From an uncultured Gemmatimonadales bacterium (lineage in GTDB: Bacteria > Gemmatimonadota > Gemmatimonadetes > Gemmatimonadales > Gemmatimonadaceae), in contig CAWKMU010000003.1 in the NCBI GenBank assembly GCA_963850905.1, positions 3,488,001 through 3,552,000 on the forward strand: a stretch of 64,000 nt of DNA, in the 5' to 3' direction. Numbering within the stretch: position 1 is the stretch's first letter; every line of letters starts with the position of its first letter. Below, in pieces: positions 54,638 to 64,000 of the stretch. Below the pieces are notes generated by a model. The model saw only the letters and a program-made list of their open reading frames with translations. It ran no database searches and had not been told where the DNA came from. Both the position numbers and the translations under genes were made by a program.

Positions 54638-56456
54638 GGGCCGGCCCCTCCCCCGCAGCGGCGTCGCTCACGCGGCGCAGGTGCAGCTCGGAGAGATCGC
54701 GCGAGGGCACTGTGGTCGGTGCGCCTTCGAAGAGAGCCCGCGCCGCGGTAGTCTTGGGAAAGGCGATCACATCCCGAAGGGAGGTCGCACCCGCCAATGT
54801 CATGGCGATCCGATCGAATCCAAACGCGATCCCGCCGTGCGGCGGCGCGCCGCCGCGCAAACCTTCGAGCAGGAACCCGAATCGCGCACGGGCGTCGTCC
54901 TCTCCTATCCCCAGGACGCGAAACACTGATTCTTGGACATCGGGATCGCTGATGCGGATGCTGCCACCGCCAAGCTCCGTCCCGTTGAGGACTACGTCGT
55001 AGGCGACGGCGCGAACCCGCTCCGGGTCACGTTTCAGCAACGCCAGGTCGTCCGGATGCGGTGCCGTGAATGGGTGGTGGACCGCGGTTAATGCCCCCGT
55101 CTGGGCGTCCCGCTCGAACGCCGGGAAATCGAGCACCCACAGAAATTCGTTGACTCCGCTCCGAATGAGCCCGAGGCGGCGAGCCGCCTCCTGACGCACG
55201 CGATCGAGCGCAGGGCTGGAAATTCGATCCGGCCCCGCGACGAGGAGCGCCGCGTCGCCCTCGGCAAGGGCGAGGCGCTCCTGCGCGGCGGCCGACAAGA
55301 ATTTCGCCGCGGGGCCTTCCACGACGCCGCCAGCACGCCGGAGCCGAATGAGGCCGCCTGCTCCAGCGCCTTTGGCGATCGCCTCCAGCTCATCGACCTG
55401 CTTCCGCGACCACCCCGCAGCCTGCGGGATCTTGAGTCCCCTGACGCGGCCACCCGCCTCGATCGCCGCTCTGGCAATACCGAAGTCGGTTCCGCGGAAC
55501 AGGTCGGTCGCATCGAAAATCTCGAGACCGTAGCGCAGATCTGGCCGGTCGATGCCAAATCGTTCCATCGCCTCGGCGTAGGCCATCCGGCGAAACGGCA
55601 CCGACACCGACACCCCGATCTCCGCGAACAGGGTGGCCACGAGGCCCTCGGCGAGCGACAAGATGTCTTCGCGCTCGACGAACGATGCCTCGATGTCGAT
55701 CTGCGTGAATTCCGGCTGACGATCGGCGCGGAGGTCCTCGTCCCGGAAGCAGCGGGCGATCTGGAAGTACCGATCGAATCCCGACACCATGAGCAGCTGC
55801 TTGTAGAGCTGCGGCGATTGAGGGAGCGCGTAGAACTCGCCCGGGTGGACGCGGCTCGGGACCAGATAGTCCCGCGCGCCTTCGGGCGTGGGCTTCGTGA
55901 GGATCGGCGTCTCGATCTCCAGGAACCCCCGCTCGCTCAAGAACCCACGAGTCGCCTGCATCAGGCGATGCCGCAGCACGAGGTTCCGCTGGAGTTCGGT
56001 CCGGCGCAGATCGAGGTAGCGATGGCGCAGACGCAGCTCCTCCGCCGCGAGCTGCTCGCCGCGCGGTGGCGCCACCGGGATCGCCGGCGTCGTGGCGGGC
56101 CCAACGACCTGCAGCGCCGCGGCCCGCACCTCGATGTCGCCGGTCTCGAGATCGGCGTTCCGTTTGTCGTCGGGTCGCAACGCAACCTCGCCCTCGATCA
56201 GCACGGCGCTCTCGACGCCGACGGCCCCTGCCTGCCTGATCACACCGGGCGGCGTCCACCGCGGATCGAAGGAGATCTGCACGACACCCGCGCGATCTCG
56301 CAGATCGATGAACACGATCGCGCCCATATCCCGCGTGCGCTGTACCCAACCGCCGAGACGCACCGCCGAGCCGGCGTCAGCCGAGCGCAGCGATCCGCAC
56401 ATGCGAGTCCGAAGCGACGTGGATAACAGCGAGCGGTCGACCACCTCGTCCGTCAT
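54630..56456 (-). CDS. aspS: Aspartate--tRNA ligase
   Basis: EGARDYLVP, LPQSPQLYKQ, FRDEDLRADRQPEFTQ, GGGSIRI, PPHGG. Confidence 0.97.
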   Translation of the reverse strand: MTDEVVDRSLLSTSLRTRMCGSLRSADAGSAVRLGGWVQRTRDMGAIVFIDLRDRAGVVQISFDPRWTPPGVIRQAGAVGVESAVLIEGEVALRPDDKRNADLETGDIEVRAAALQVVGPATTPAIPVAPPRGEQLAAEELRLRHRYLDLRRTELQRNLVLRHRLMQATRGFLSERGFLEIETPILTKPTPEGARDYLVPSRVHPGEFYALPQSPQLYKQLLMVSGFDRYFQIARCFRDEDLRADRQPEFTQIDIEASFVEREDILSLAEGLVATLFAEIGVSVSVPFRRMAYAEAMERFGIDRPDLRYGLEIFDATDLFRGTDFGIARAAIEAGGRVRGLKIPQAAGWSRKQVDELEAIAKGAGAGGLIRLRRAGGVVEGPAAKFLSAAAQERLALAEGDAALLVAGPDRISSPALDRVRQEAARRLGLIRSGVNEFLWVLDFPAFERDAQTGALTAVHHPFTAPHPDDLALLKRDPERVRAVAYDVVLNGTELGGGSIRISDPDVQESVFRVLGIGEDDARARFGFLLEGLRGGAPPHGGIAFGFDRIAMTLAGATSLRDVIAFPKTTAARALFEGAPTTVPSRDLSELHLRRVSDAAAGEGPARD

Positions 56457-56629
56457 GGCCGACACGCCAATCGATTACTGTTCATTGACTTGCCAGTGAA
56501 TCTAACGGGGCCACGCCCCCGTCGGTAGGCGCCCGCCCAGCGACACTACGTGAAGGCCTGGCACGTAAGTTATTGAGCTACTACTTGATACATGATCGAC
56601 CTCCTGTGACATATGAGGGCTCCTCGGCC

Positions 56630-57713
<1,084 letters not shown>

Positions 57714-58136
57714 GCTGTCGGCCCATGCCTCGACTCGTGCCGCACCGAGTGCTCGCGACACCAGCCGCGCCCAATCCTCGTGCGTTCCTCGGCCCACGAC
57801 CAGCGTTGTGTCCCGAAGCGTGCCGGAAGTCCCCAGCGTGACGACGTCGAACCCCTGATCACGCAGGTAGAGCATCGCCCGCCGCCCGAGCCCGTGTTGC
57901 TTCGTCGCGTTGAACAGCTCGATCCGGACGCGAGTTCCCTCTGGGGCCCTGACATCACTGCCCATGAAATCGCGGCCCGTTCCGCGTTGCCGCACCGGCC
58001 CAGCGGCGAACGGCCGGCGCCCCGAGCCCGACAGCGATCAGCGCCACCGCGAGGAGCGCCACCAAATATCGTCCCACCCCTCGCGCGCGATCACCGCGAT
58101 GGGAGGCCGCGCTCGCAGCCGCCGGAACGTCTTCGA

Positions 58137-58665
58137 CTAGCGAACCGCGTTCCACAGCGCGACGGTCTCGCCCAGCAGCGCCTTGCCCTCGCGCAGTGTC
58201 CAGTCCAACCGCGTGCGCACCACCTGCCGAAAAGTCCCCGCGAAGTCGAGTGGCACCAGATGCGCGAGGTAGGCGCGGTCCCCCCGTGCGAACGCCCGGC
58301 CTGGTTCCAGGAAGTCGGCCATATATAGCGCGCGGCCGGTGTCCGCCCAAGTCGGCGCATCCAACCGTGTGCCACCGTACGGCCTCGAGGACGTCCTCGC
58401 GCCGCTCGCCATTGGTCGCCAATTGGACCGCGGCGGCGGGCCCGTGGAGCAGGTTGGCGTCCGAGTGTCGGTCGCTCGTGATATCCCGGAGGACTGCCTC
58501 GGGAGCATCCCGCAGCGCGTCGTGCCACATCGCCGCATCGTGCCAGGCCTGCGCGGCGTCGGGCGACAGGTGCAGTGCGGCTGCCCATCCGTCGATCAAT
58601 GCGACGACACGCGCGATGTGCCCGCGCCGCTTTTCCGTCACCACTGCCCACGCCGGTAACGTCAC
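58137..58665 (-). CDS. HD-domain protein (YqeK-like); frameshift near 58350
   Basis: RRGH, WHD, LHGPAAA, WHTVG; ALYMADFLEPGR in the second frame. Confidence 0.8.
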
Positions 58666-59528
58666 GCCGCTGGGTTCTCGAACACCACGTTGTCGATGAG
58701 TCGAGTTCGGCCAACTCGCGCCGCGATCATGGCGACCGCGCCGGCGCTCACCTCTCGTACGGGCTCGAGCCCGATCGGATCAGCCAGCCCGAGATACTCG
58801 ACCTTCACCGCCGGCTGGCGCTCGAGGAGGCGCCGCCCGATCGCCGCGAGGGCGTCGGCGTCCCGCACGCCATCGTTCGCCCACGCCTGCACCATTGCCT
58901 GCAGCGCCTGGGGAATCACCAGAGCCTGCGCGCGTTCGGGCGCGGAGAGGTACGCGTTGCGACTCGAGAGCGCGAGCCCGTCGTCGGCGCGAACGGTCGG
59001 CACCGTGACGACCTCGACCGGGAGATCGAGGTCCTGGACCATCGCGCGGATCAGCGTGACTTGCTGCAGGTCCTTGCGGCCAAACATCGCGAGGTCTGGC
59101 TGGACGATGTGGAACAGCTTCGAGACGACGGTCAGCACACCGGCGAAGTGCCCGGGTCGCGCGGCACCCTCCCAGCGCGCATCTAGCGCCGGGCGGTCGC
59201 TCGGCACGATCGGCGCGACAGCCACCCGCTGAGCGATCGGGTACATCTCACCGACCGTCGGCGCGAACACTACGTCGACGCCGCGGCCGCGGGCGAGCCC
59301 GGCGTCGCGGTCGAGATCACGCGGATATGCCGCGAAGTCATCGGTCGGCGCGAACTGCAGAGGGTTGACGAAGACACTCATCACGACCGTCGCGGCGGAG
59401 GCTCGCGCCGTGTCGACGAGCGCGAGATGGCCTTCGTGGAGCGCCCCCATGGTCGGCACGAGCGCGACAGGCGCGCGAAGCGCCTGCCGGACCCGGCGCA
59501 TTTCGGTCTTGCTGCTAACGAGATCCAC
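58662..59528 (-). CDS. panC: Pantoate--beta-alanine ligase
   Basis: PTMGALHEGH, FVNPLQF, RPGHF, GLALSSRN, RLIDN. Confidence 0.96.
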   Translation of the reverse strand: MDLVSSKTEMRRVRQALRAPVALVPTMGALHEGHLALVDTARASAATVVMSVFVNPLQFAPTDDFAAYPRDLDRDAGLARGRGVDVVFAPTVGEMYPIAQRVAVAPIVPSDRPALDARWEGAARPGHFAGVLTVVSKLFHIVQPDLAMFGRKDLQQVTLIRAMVQDLDLPVEVVTVPTVRADDGLALSSRNAYLSAPERAQALVIPQALQAMVQAWANDGVRDADALAAIGRRLLERQPAVKVEYLGLADPIGLEPVREVSAGAVAMIAARVGRTRLIDNVVFENPAA

Positions 59529-59943
59529 TTGCGATTTGGGTCTCGATCTGTTCGAGCTCATGCTGCCAAAAAGCGCGGTGGGGCAGCTCCGGATGCGGCA
59601 GGACCAAGCCCGGCATGTCGACGTGTCGATCGCCGAAGCGCACAATGTCCAGATCCAGCGTCCGCGGCCCCCACCGGACGGTGCGGAGACGCCCATTGAG
59701 GCGCTCGATCTCGTGTAGGCGACCGAGGAGCACCATCGGCTCCAGCGTCGTTCTCAACGCGACCATTTGATTGAGGTACCAGGGCTGGTCCGGCGGCCCG
59801 AGCGGCGCCGTCTCCTCTACGTCGGATGCGGCAACGAGCTCCGTGTCAGCCAACGCGGCCAGCGCGCTCCGCCCCGCAGCGAGATATCCGGCGCGATCGC
59901 CCAGGTTCGAGCCCAGTGCGACATACACGGTCTCGGGAGGCAT
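59515..59943 (-). CDS. folK: Dihydropteridine pyrophosphokinase
   Basis: ALGSNLG, WGPRTLDLDI, LPHP. Confidence 0.95.
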   Translation of the reverse strand: MPPETVYVALGSNLGDRAGYLAAGRSALAALADTELVAASDVEETAPLGPPDQPWYLNQMVALRTTLEPMVLLGRLHEIERLNGRLRTVRWGPRTLDLDIVRFGDRHVDMPGLVLPHPELPHRAFWQHELEQIETQIASGSR

Positions 59944-59983
59944 GCAGGGAAACTACCACGCCCCCGCGTCGGCCGCAGTCGCG

Positions 59984-62053
59984 CTATCGCGCGGTCGTGA
60001 TACGCCGCGTCAAATCGCCCAGGTACGTCGTGACGCCGCGGAGTTCGCGGGTGGCATTCTCCAACCCGGCGAGCGCCGTCGCCTGCTCCTTTGCCGATGC
60101 GGCGACCGCCGCGGCGCCCGAGCGGTTGCGATCGGAGATGCCGGCAATCCGTCCGACACGGTCCTGGAGTCTGGCGCATTCCTGTTCCTGGTCGCGGGAC
60201 ACTTGGGCGATGCGGCGGGCGCGCTGCGCGCTCTGCGCCGTCGCCTCGAGAATCACGTCCAGCGCCTTGAGCGCCGCCTCGGACAGCGTCTCCGCGTCAC
60301 CGACGATCGCACGGCCGCGCTCCATTTGGCCGGCAATCCGACGCGACTGCTCCTCGAACCCCAGGATGATGTCCGCGGCCTGGGCTGAGGCGCGCGCGCT
60401 CCGCTCCGCCAGCTTGCGGACTTCCTCCGCAACGACCGCGAAGCCTCGTCCCTCCGGCCCCGCCCGCGCCGCTTCGATCGCCGCGTTGAGCGCGAGGAGA
60501 TCGGTCTGCTCGGCGACTTCTTTGATGACGGCGATGAACTCCGTGACGTTGGCCGCCGTGCGCGCGAGTTGATCGACCTCGGAGGAGCTTTCACCGACGA
60601 ATCCCTTGGCGCTCACCAGCCGGTCGATCGCTGTTGCGATGGTCGAACGGTGCTCAGTCGCGACATCCGTCGCGCGTCGGCTCGCTTCGGCCGCAGCGCT
60701 GCCGTCGCGAACGACACCCGTCGTGGCCTCGTGCAGGCCGCGTGTGACATCCAGGCTGCGAGACAGCTGGTCCGCCTCTTCGACGATGGCCCGCGAGATC
60801 TCCGCGATCGTCCGCGCGACGCTTTCGCCACCGCCGCGCAGCGTACGAGCGGAGTGGCCCAGTGTCTCCACTTGCGCCCCCATCCGCGCGACGGCGTCGA
60901 GCAGTGGTTGCCGCAATTCGTGGATGTGCACGGTCATCGCGAGCTGGTTGGCGATGCGCTGGACGATCGGCAATTGCTTCGGCCCGTACGTCGCTCGCTT
61001 GTGATGCTCGAGCTCGAGTAACCCGACACTGCGGTCGCCAAAGCGGAGCGGGGTCACCACGGTGCTCCGCGCGTCCTGCCGCGGATTCTCCACACGGTCA
61101 TCCCGCATCGAATCCACCACGACGGCCGGCCGACCGGACTCCAGGGCGAGTGTGCGCAAGGCTTCGCCGTCTCGTCCGGGAGTGACCGGTTCGCGGAGCA
61201 AACCTTTCTCACTGCGGTAGATGAGACGCGGGCCATCGACACCCAGCTGGTAGATCCGAAAGTCGTTCCAGTCGATCAACCGGTGACCGATGCGCTCGAT
61301 GAGCGAACAGGCTTCCGCGAGGGAGACGTCTGCCGTCACCACGTTCTCCATCGCGTGAATCACGTTCTGCTCTTCGGCGGCAATTGACTCCTCGAGGATG
61401 CGCTTGAGCACATAGCCCGCTGCCGCCAGAATGACGACCACCGGCCAGGCACCCCATCCGAGGTTGACCACTGCCATCAACATCGCACACATGGCCCCGG
61501 TGCCAGCTCCCGCGCCGACCAGCTCGTAGCGCAGGATCAGTGCGCGTTCATCTGGCAGCAGTTTCTCCCGGACCAGGAGCGTGAAGTACAGCATCGAGCG
61601 ACCCAACACATAGTACGCGACGACGAACACCGCGATCGCGAAGGTCGCGTCGGTGCCCAGATCGTTGACGCCACTCAACCGCAACGCGCCCGCAAACAGC
61701 CCGTACGCGCTCGCGAGCGACAGGACCTCACGTCCGGCGTTGATCCACGCAAACTCGAGTGACTTTCTGAGGAGGCCGACATCCGCGATCAACACGCCGA
61801 GGTATACGGCGAGCAAGGTCACTGGCGCGCCGCAGAGCAGCGTACCCGTCAGGGCGACACCGCCGACCAGGTGCAGCGTCGAGTACTTGGTGAGTGGCAG
61901 CTGGGTGGCGCGCAACACCGTCGCTGCAGCGGTCAGGGCGAGCAGATTGACCGGTTGGTCGAGCCATCGGCGGTCGAACGCCAGCGCGGCGACCAGCACG
62001 ATCATCCCGCAGGTGGCAACGCCTCGTGCGTACCGGTGGAGCAGCGTATTCAT
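59984..62053 (-). CDS. Methyl-accepting chemotaxis-like protein with multi-TM and GAF domains
   Basis: About 7-8 TMs, a GAF-like segment ([15 protein letters not shown]) and [32 protein letters not shown]. Confidence 0.9.
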   Translation of the reverse strand: MNTLLHRYARGVATCGMIVLVAALAFDRRWLDQPVNLLALTAAATVLRATQLPLTKYSTLHLVGGVALTGTLLCGAPVTLLAVYLGVLIADVGLLRKSLEFAWINAGREVLSLASAYGLFAGALRLSGVNDLGTDATFAIAVFVVAYYVLGRSMLYFTLLVREKLLPDERALILRYELVGAGAGTGAMCAMLMAVVNLGWGAWPVVVILAAAGYVLKRILEESIAAEEQNVIHAMENVVTADVSLAEACSLIERIGHRLIDWNDFRIYQLGVDGPRLIYRSEKGLLREPVTPGRDGEALRTLALESGRPAVVVDSMRDDRVENPRQDARSTVVTPLRFGDRSVGLLELEHHKRATYGPKQLPIVQRIANQLAMTVHIHELRQPLLDAVARMGAQVETLGHSARTLRGGGESVARTIAEISRAIVEEADQLSRSLDVTRGLHEATTGVVRDGSAAAEASRRATDVATEHRSTIATAIDRLVSAKGFVGESSSEVDQLARTAANVTEFIAVIKEVAEQTDLLALNAAIEAARAGPEGRGFAVVAEEVRKLAERSARASAQAADIILGFEEQSRRIAGQMERGRAIVGDAETLSEAALKALDVILEATAQSAQRARRIAQVSRDQEQECARLQDRVGRIAGISDRNRSGAAAVAASAKEQATALAGLENATRELRGVTTYLGDLTRRITTAR

Positions 62054-62898
62054 GGCGCCGACCCCGGCTGCCGGGACGCGGCATCGATCTCGCGGACCGG
62101 CCCTTGCCCGGCGGCAGCAGCCGTCCCATCGAGAGCTGCGCGCAACTCGCGCGCGAGGTCGATGGCCGCATCCACACGTTGGCCGGCAGCCGCGACGAGT
62201 GCACTGCCGACCACGATACCATCCGCGATCCGGCCCACCGCGTCGGCGTGCTCCGGACGCGAGATGCCGAATCCGACGGCGATGGGAAGGGTCGTTGCGG
62301 CGCGGAGCCGCGCGACGGTTCCCGGCAGCTCCGGCGGGAGCTCCGCACGCGAGCCGGTGACCCCGAGTCGGCTGATCAGGTACACGAACCCGCTGCCGTG
62401 CCGCGCGATTTCGGCCATTCGCTCGTCGGGCGTCGTAGGCGCGACCAGCCGCACAAACGCCAATGAGCTGCCGCCGAGCCACTCCTCACGCATAGGATCC
62501 GCGCCCACGGGCAGATCGGTGACCAGGACGCCGGACGCACCAGCCGCAGCGGCGCGTTCCAGCGCATCGGGTCCGGCAGCCAGCAGCGGATTGAGGTAGC
62601 TGAAGATGATCACCGGGACCCGCAAACGGGCGCGCTCGATGAGCCGAAGCGCGCGGTCGTACGTCATCCCGTGTGCGAGCGCCCGCTGCGAGCTGGCCTG
62701 AATCACCGGTCCGTCGGCAAGCGGGTCCGAAAAGGGAATTCCGAGCTCGATGACATCGGTGCCAATGTCGGCGAGTCCCTGCATGAGATCGACCGTCGCC
62801 GACTCGTCGGGAAACCCCGCCGTCAGGTAGCAGATGAGCGCGCGCCGCCGGGTGGCCCGGAGCGCAGCGAATCGTTCGGTCAATGCGGGGTTTGTCAC
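62050..62898 (-). CDS. trpA: Tryptophan synthase alpha chain
   Basis: [36 protein letters not shown]. Confidence 0.96.
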   Translation of the reverse strand: MTNPALTERFAALRATRRRALICYLTAGFPDESATVDLMQGLADIGTDVIELGIPFSDPLADGPVIQASSQRALAHGMTYDRALRLIERARLRVPVIIFSYLNPLLAAGPDALERAAAAGASGVLVTDLPVGADPMREEWLGGSSLAFVRLVAPTTPDERMAEIARHGSGFVYLISRLGVTGSRAELPPELPGTVARLRAATTLPIAVGFGISRPEHADAVGRIADGIVVGSALVAAAGQRVDAAIDLARELRAALDGTAAAAGQGPVREIDAASRQPGSAP

Positions 62899-64000
62899 AC
62901 GAAGTAATCCGACACCCGGATGCCGTAGCGATCAGGGTCTGCGGTCTTGATGATGGTCCGAACGAACGTGCCGCCGGGATTGGCTTCGGACAGGTCGACC
63001 AATGTTCCGGGGAACAGGATATTGCCCTGTGGGTCACTGACGACCCGGACGATCGGGCGCGACATCATTTCGGAGTTCGGGTTGACCGCGTGGACGATTC
63101 CCAGCTCGAACGTATCCAGGACGACGAGCGTGCCCACGGGGTAGAGGCCCAGCAAGTTGATGAACGCCTTGACGACGACGGGATCCATGCCGCGCCTCGG
63201 ATTGTCCCGCATCTCCTGCAGCACCGCGGCCGGAGTCAGCGGGTCCGTCTGGTACGATCGGCGCGTCGTCGCCGCATCGAAGCCGTCAGTGATCGCGACG
63301 ATCTTGCTGAAGATGCCCATGCGGCGGTCTCGGACCGGTTTCGGATAACCGGTCAAGTCCGTTTTCATATGGTGCTCGTAGGCGACCACCATCGCGCGGT
63401 AAGGCAGATCCTGCGCGCTGCGCACCTGGAAGAGGGATAGCACGCCGAGCCACGGGTGGTTCGCAATCGCTCGCCAATCCTCCTCGGACAACGCCGTCGA
63501 CTTGTTGAGAACATCGACGGGCACGCGGGCTTTGCCGATGTCGTGGAAGAGCGCGGCGAGTCCGAGGTCATATAACTGGAGCTTGCTCAGACCCAATCGC
63601 CGGCCCAGCGCGACCGCGAAAATGCACACGTTCACGCTGTGTGTGAACGTGTACTCGTCGTAGTCCCGCAGGGTGGTCAACCCGAACAGCGACGTTTCAT
63701 CGTTGAGGATCTGATCCACGATCGCCTGCACGACGCGCTTCAACTTCTTGACATTGGGCGCCCGTCCCATGCGAACGGAGTGCATGACTTCCTTGGACAC
63801 CGCGACGGACTGCGCATAGGTCCGCTTGGCCGCTTCCTTCGACTGTTGGCGATCGCCGATCTCGGCGCCCCCGGCCGGCGGTCCCAACTCGAGCGTGGTC
63901 ACGTTCGCGAGGGTCAGCTTGCCAGTCAACTGCTCGAATCGATCTTCGGGCTCGCCCTCGCCCGGCGCCTGGACGAGGGAGAGGAAGACGAGCCAGTCGC
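62895..64000 (-). CDS. HD-GYP domain phosphodiesterase (5' part outside the window)
   Basis: HSVNV, FHDIGK, EHH...TGYP, DGFDA; the frame is open to the window edge. Confidence 0.9.
   Translation of the reverse strand, partial: DWLVFLSLVQAPGEGEPEDRFEQLTGKLTLANVTTLELGPPAGGAEIGDRQQSKEAAKRTYAQSVAVSKEVMHSVRMGRAPNVKKLKRVVQAIVDQILNDETSLFGLTTLRDYDEYTFTHSVNVCIFAVALGRRLGLSKLQLYDLGLAALFHDIGKARVPVDVLNKSTALSEEDWRAIANHPWLGVLSLFQVRSAQDLPYRAMVVAYEHHMKTDLTGYPKPVRDRRMGIFSKIVAITDGFDAATTRRSYQTDPLTPAAVLQEMRDNPRRGMDPVVVKAFINLLGLYPVGTLVVLDTFELGIVHAVNPNSEMMSRPIVRVVSDPQGNILFPGTLVDLSEANPGGTFVRTIIKTADPDRYGIRVSDYFV

Overview
High-GC bacterial chromosomal segment; gene content and order suggest Gemmatimonadota (inference). 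The left part (1 to ~14.5 kb) is accessory: partial amtB, an outer-membrane barrel, tetR with a metallo-beta-lactamase-fold hydrolase, a CYTH-like gene with two short chromate transporters, padR with an ADOP permease, cysK, an exported RidA and a spermidine-synthase-like membrane methyltransferase. The middle (~14.7-27.6 kb) is a decaying mobile hotspot at tRNA-Leu(CAA). It holds an 8.4-kb island bounded by a 57-bp direct repeat with paired TGGTCATAC arm-like sites, a truncated atypical tyrosine integrase, a CheB-CheR-PAS-histidine kinase, a receiver protein, two related small '[AG]YY'-ending proteins and a damaged IS30. Next to it lie a second integrase remnant, an rve/DDE IS and an ISL3. The right part (27.7-64 kb) is mostly core genes: ECF sigma/anti-sigma, rplU-rpmA, Rne/Rng, acyl-CoA dehydrogenase, recQ, U32, AtuA-carboxylase-B12 mutase (isobutyryl-CoA-mutase signature)-meaB, ybeY, phoH, aspS, rlmN, panC, folK, an MCP, trpA and an HD-GYP gene. 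Intergenic DNA carries GTAG-type REP hairpins and (GGGGTYT)4 putative G-quadruplex tracts just after stop codons. About eight frameshifts in seven otherwise intact genes point to assembly indel errors. All calls come from reading motifs by eye; no database searches were run.
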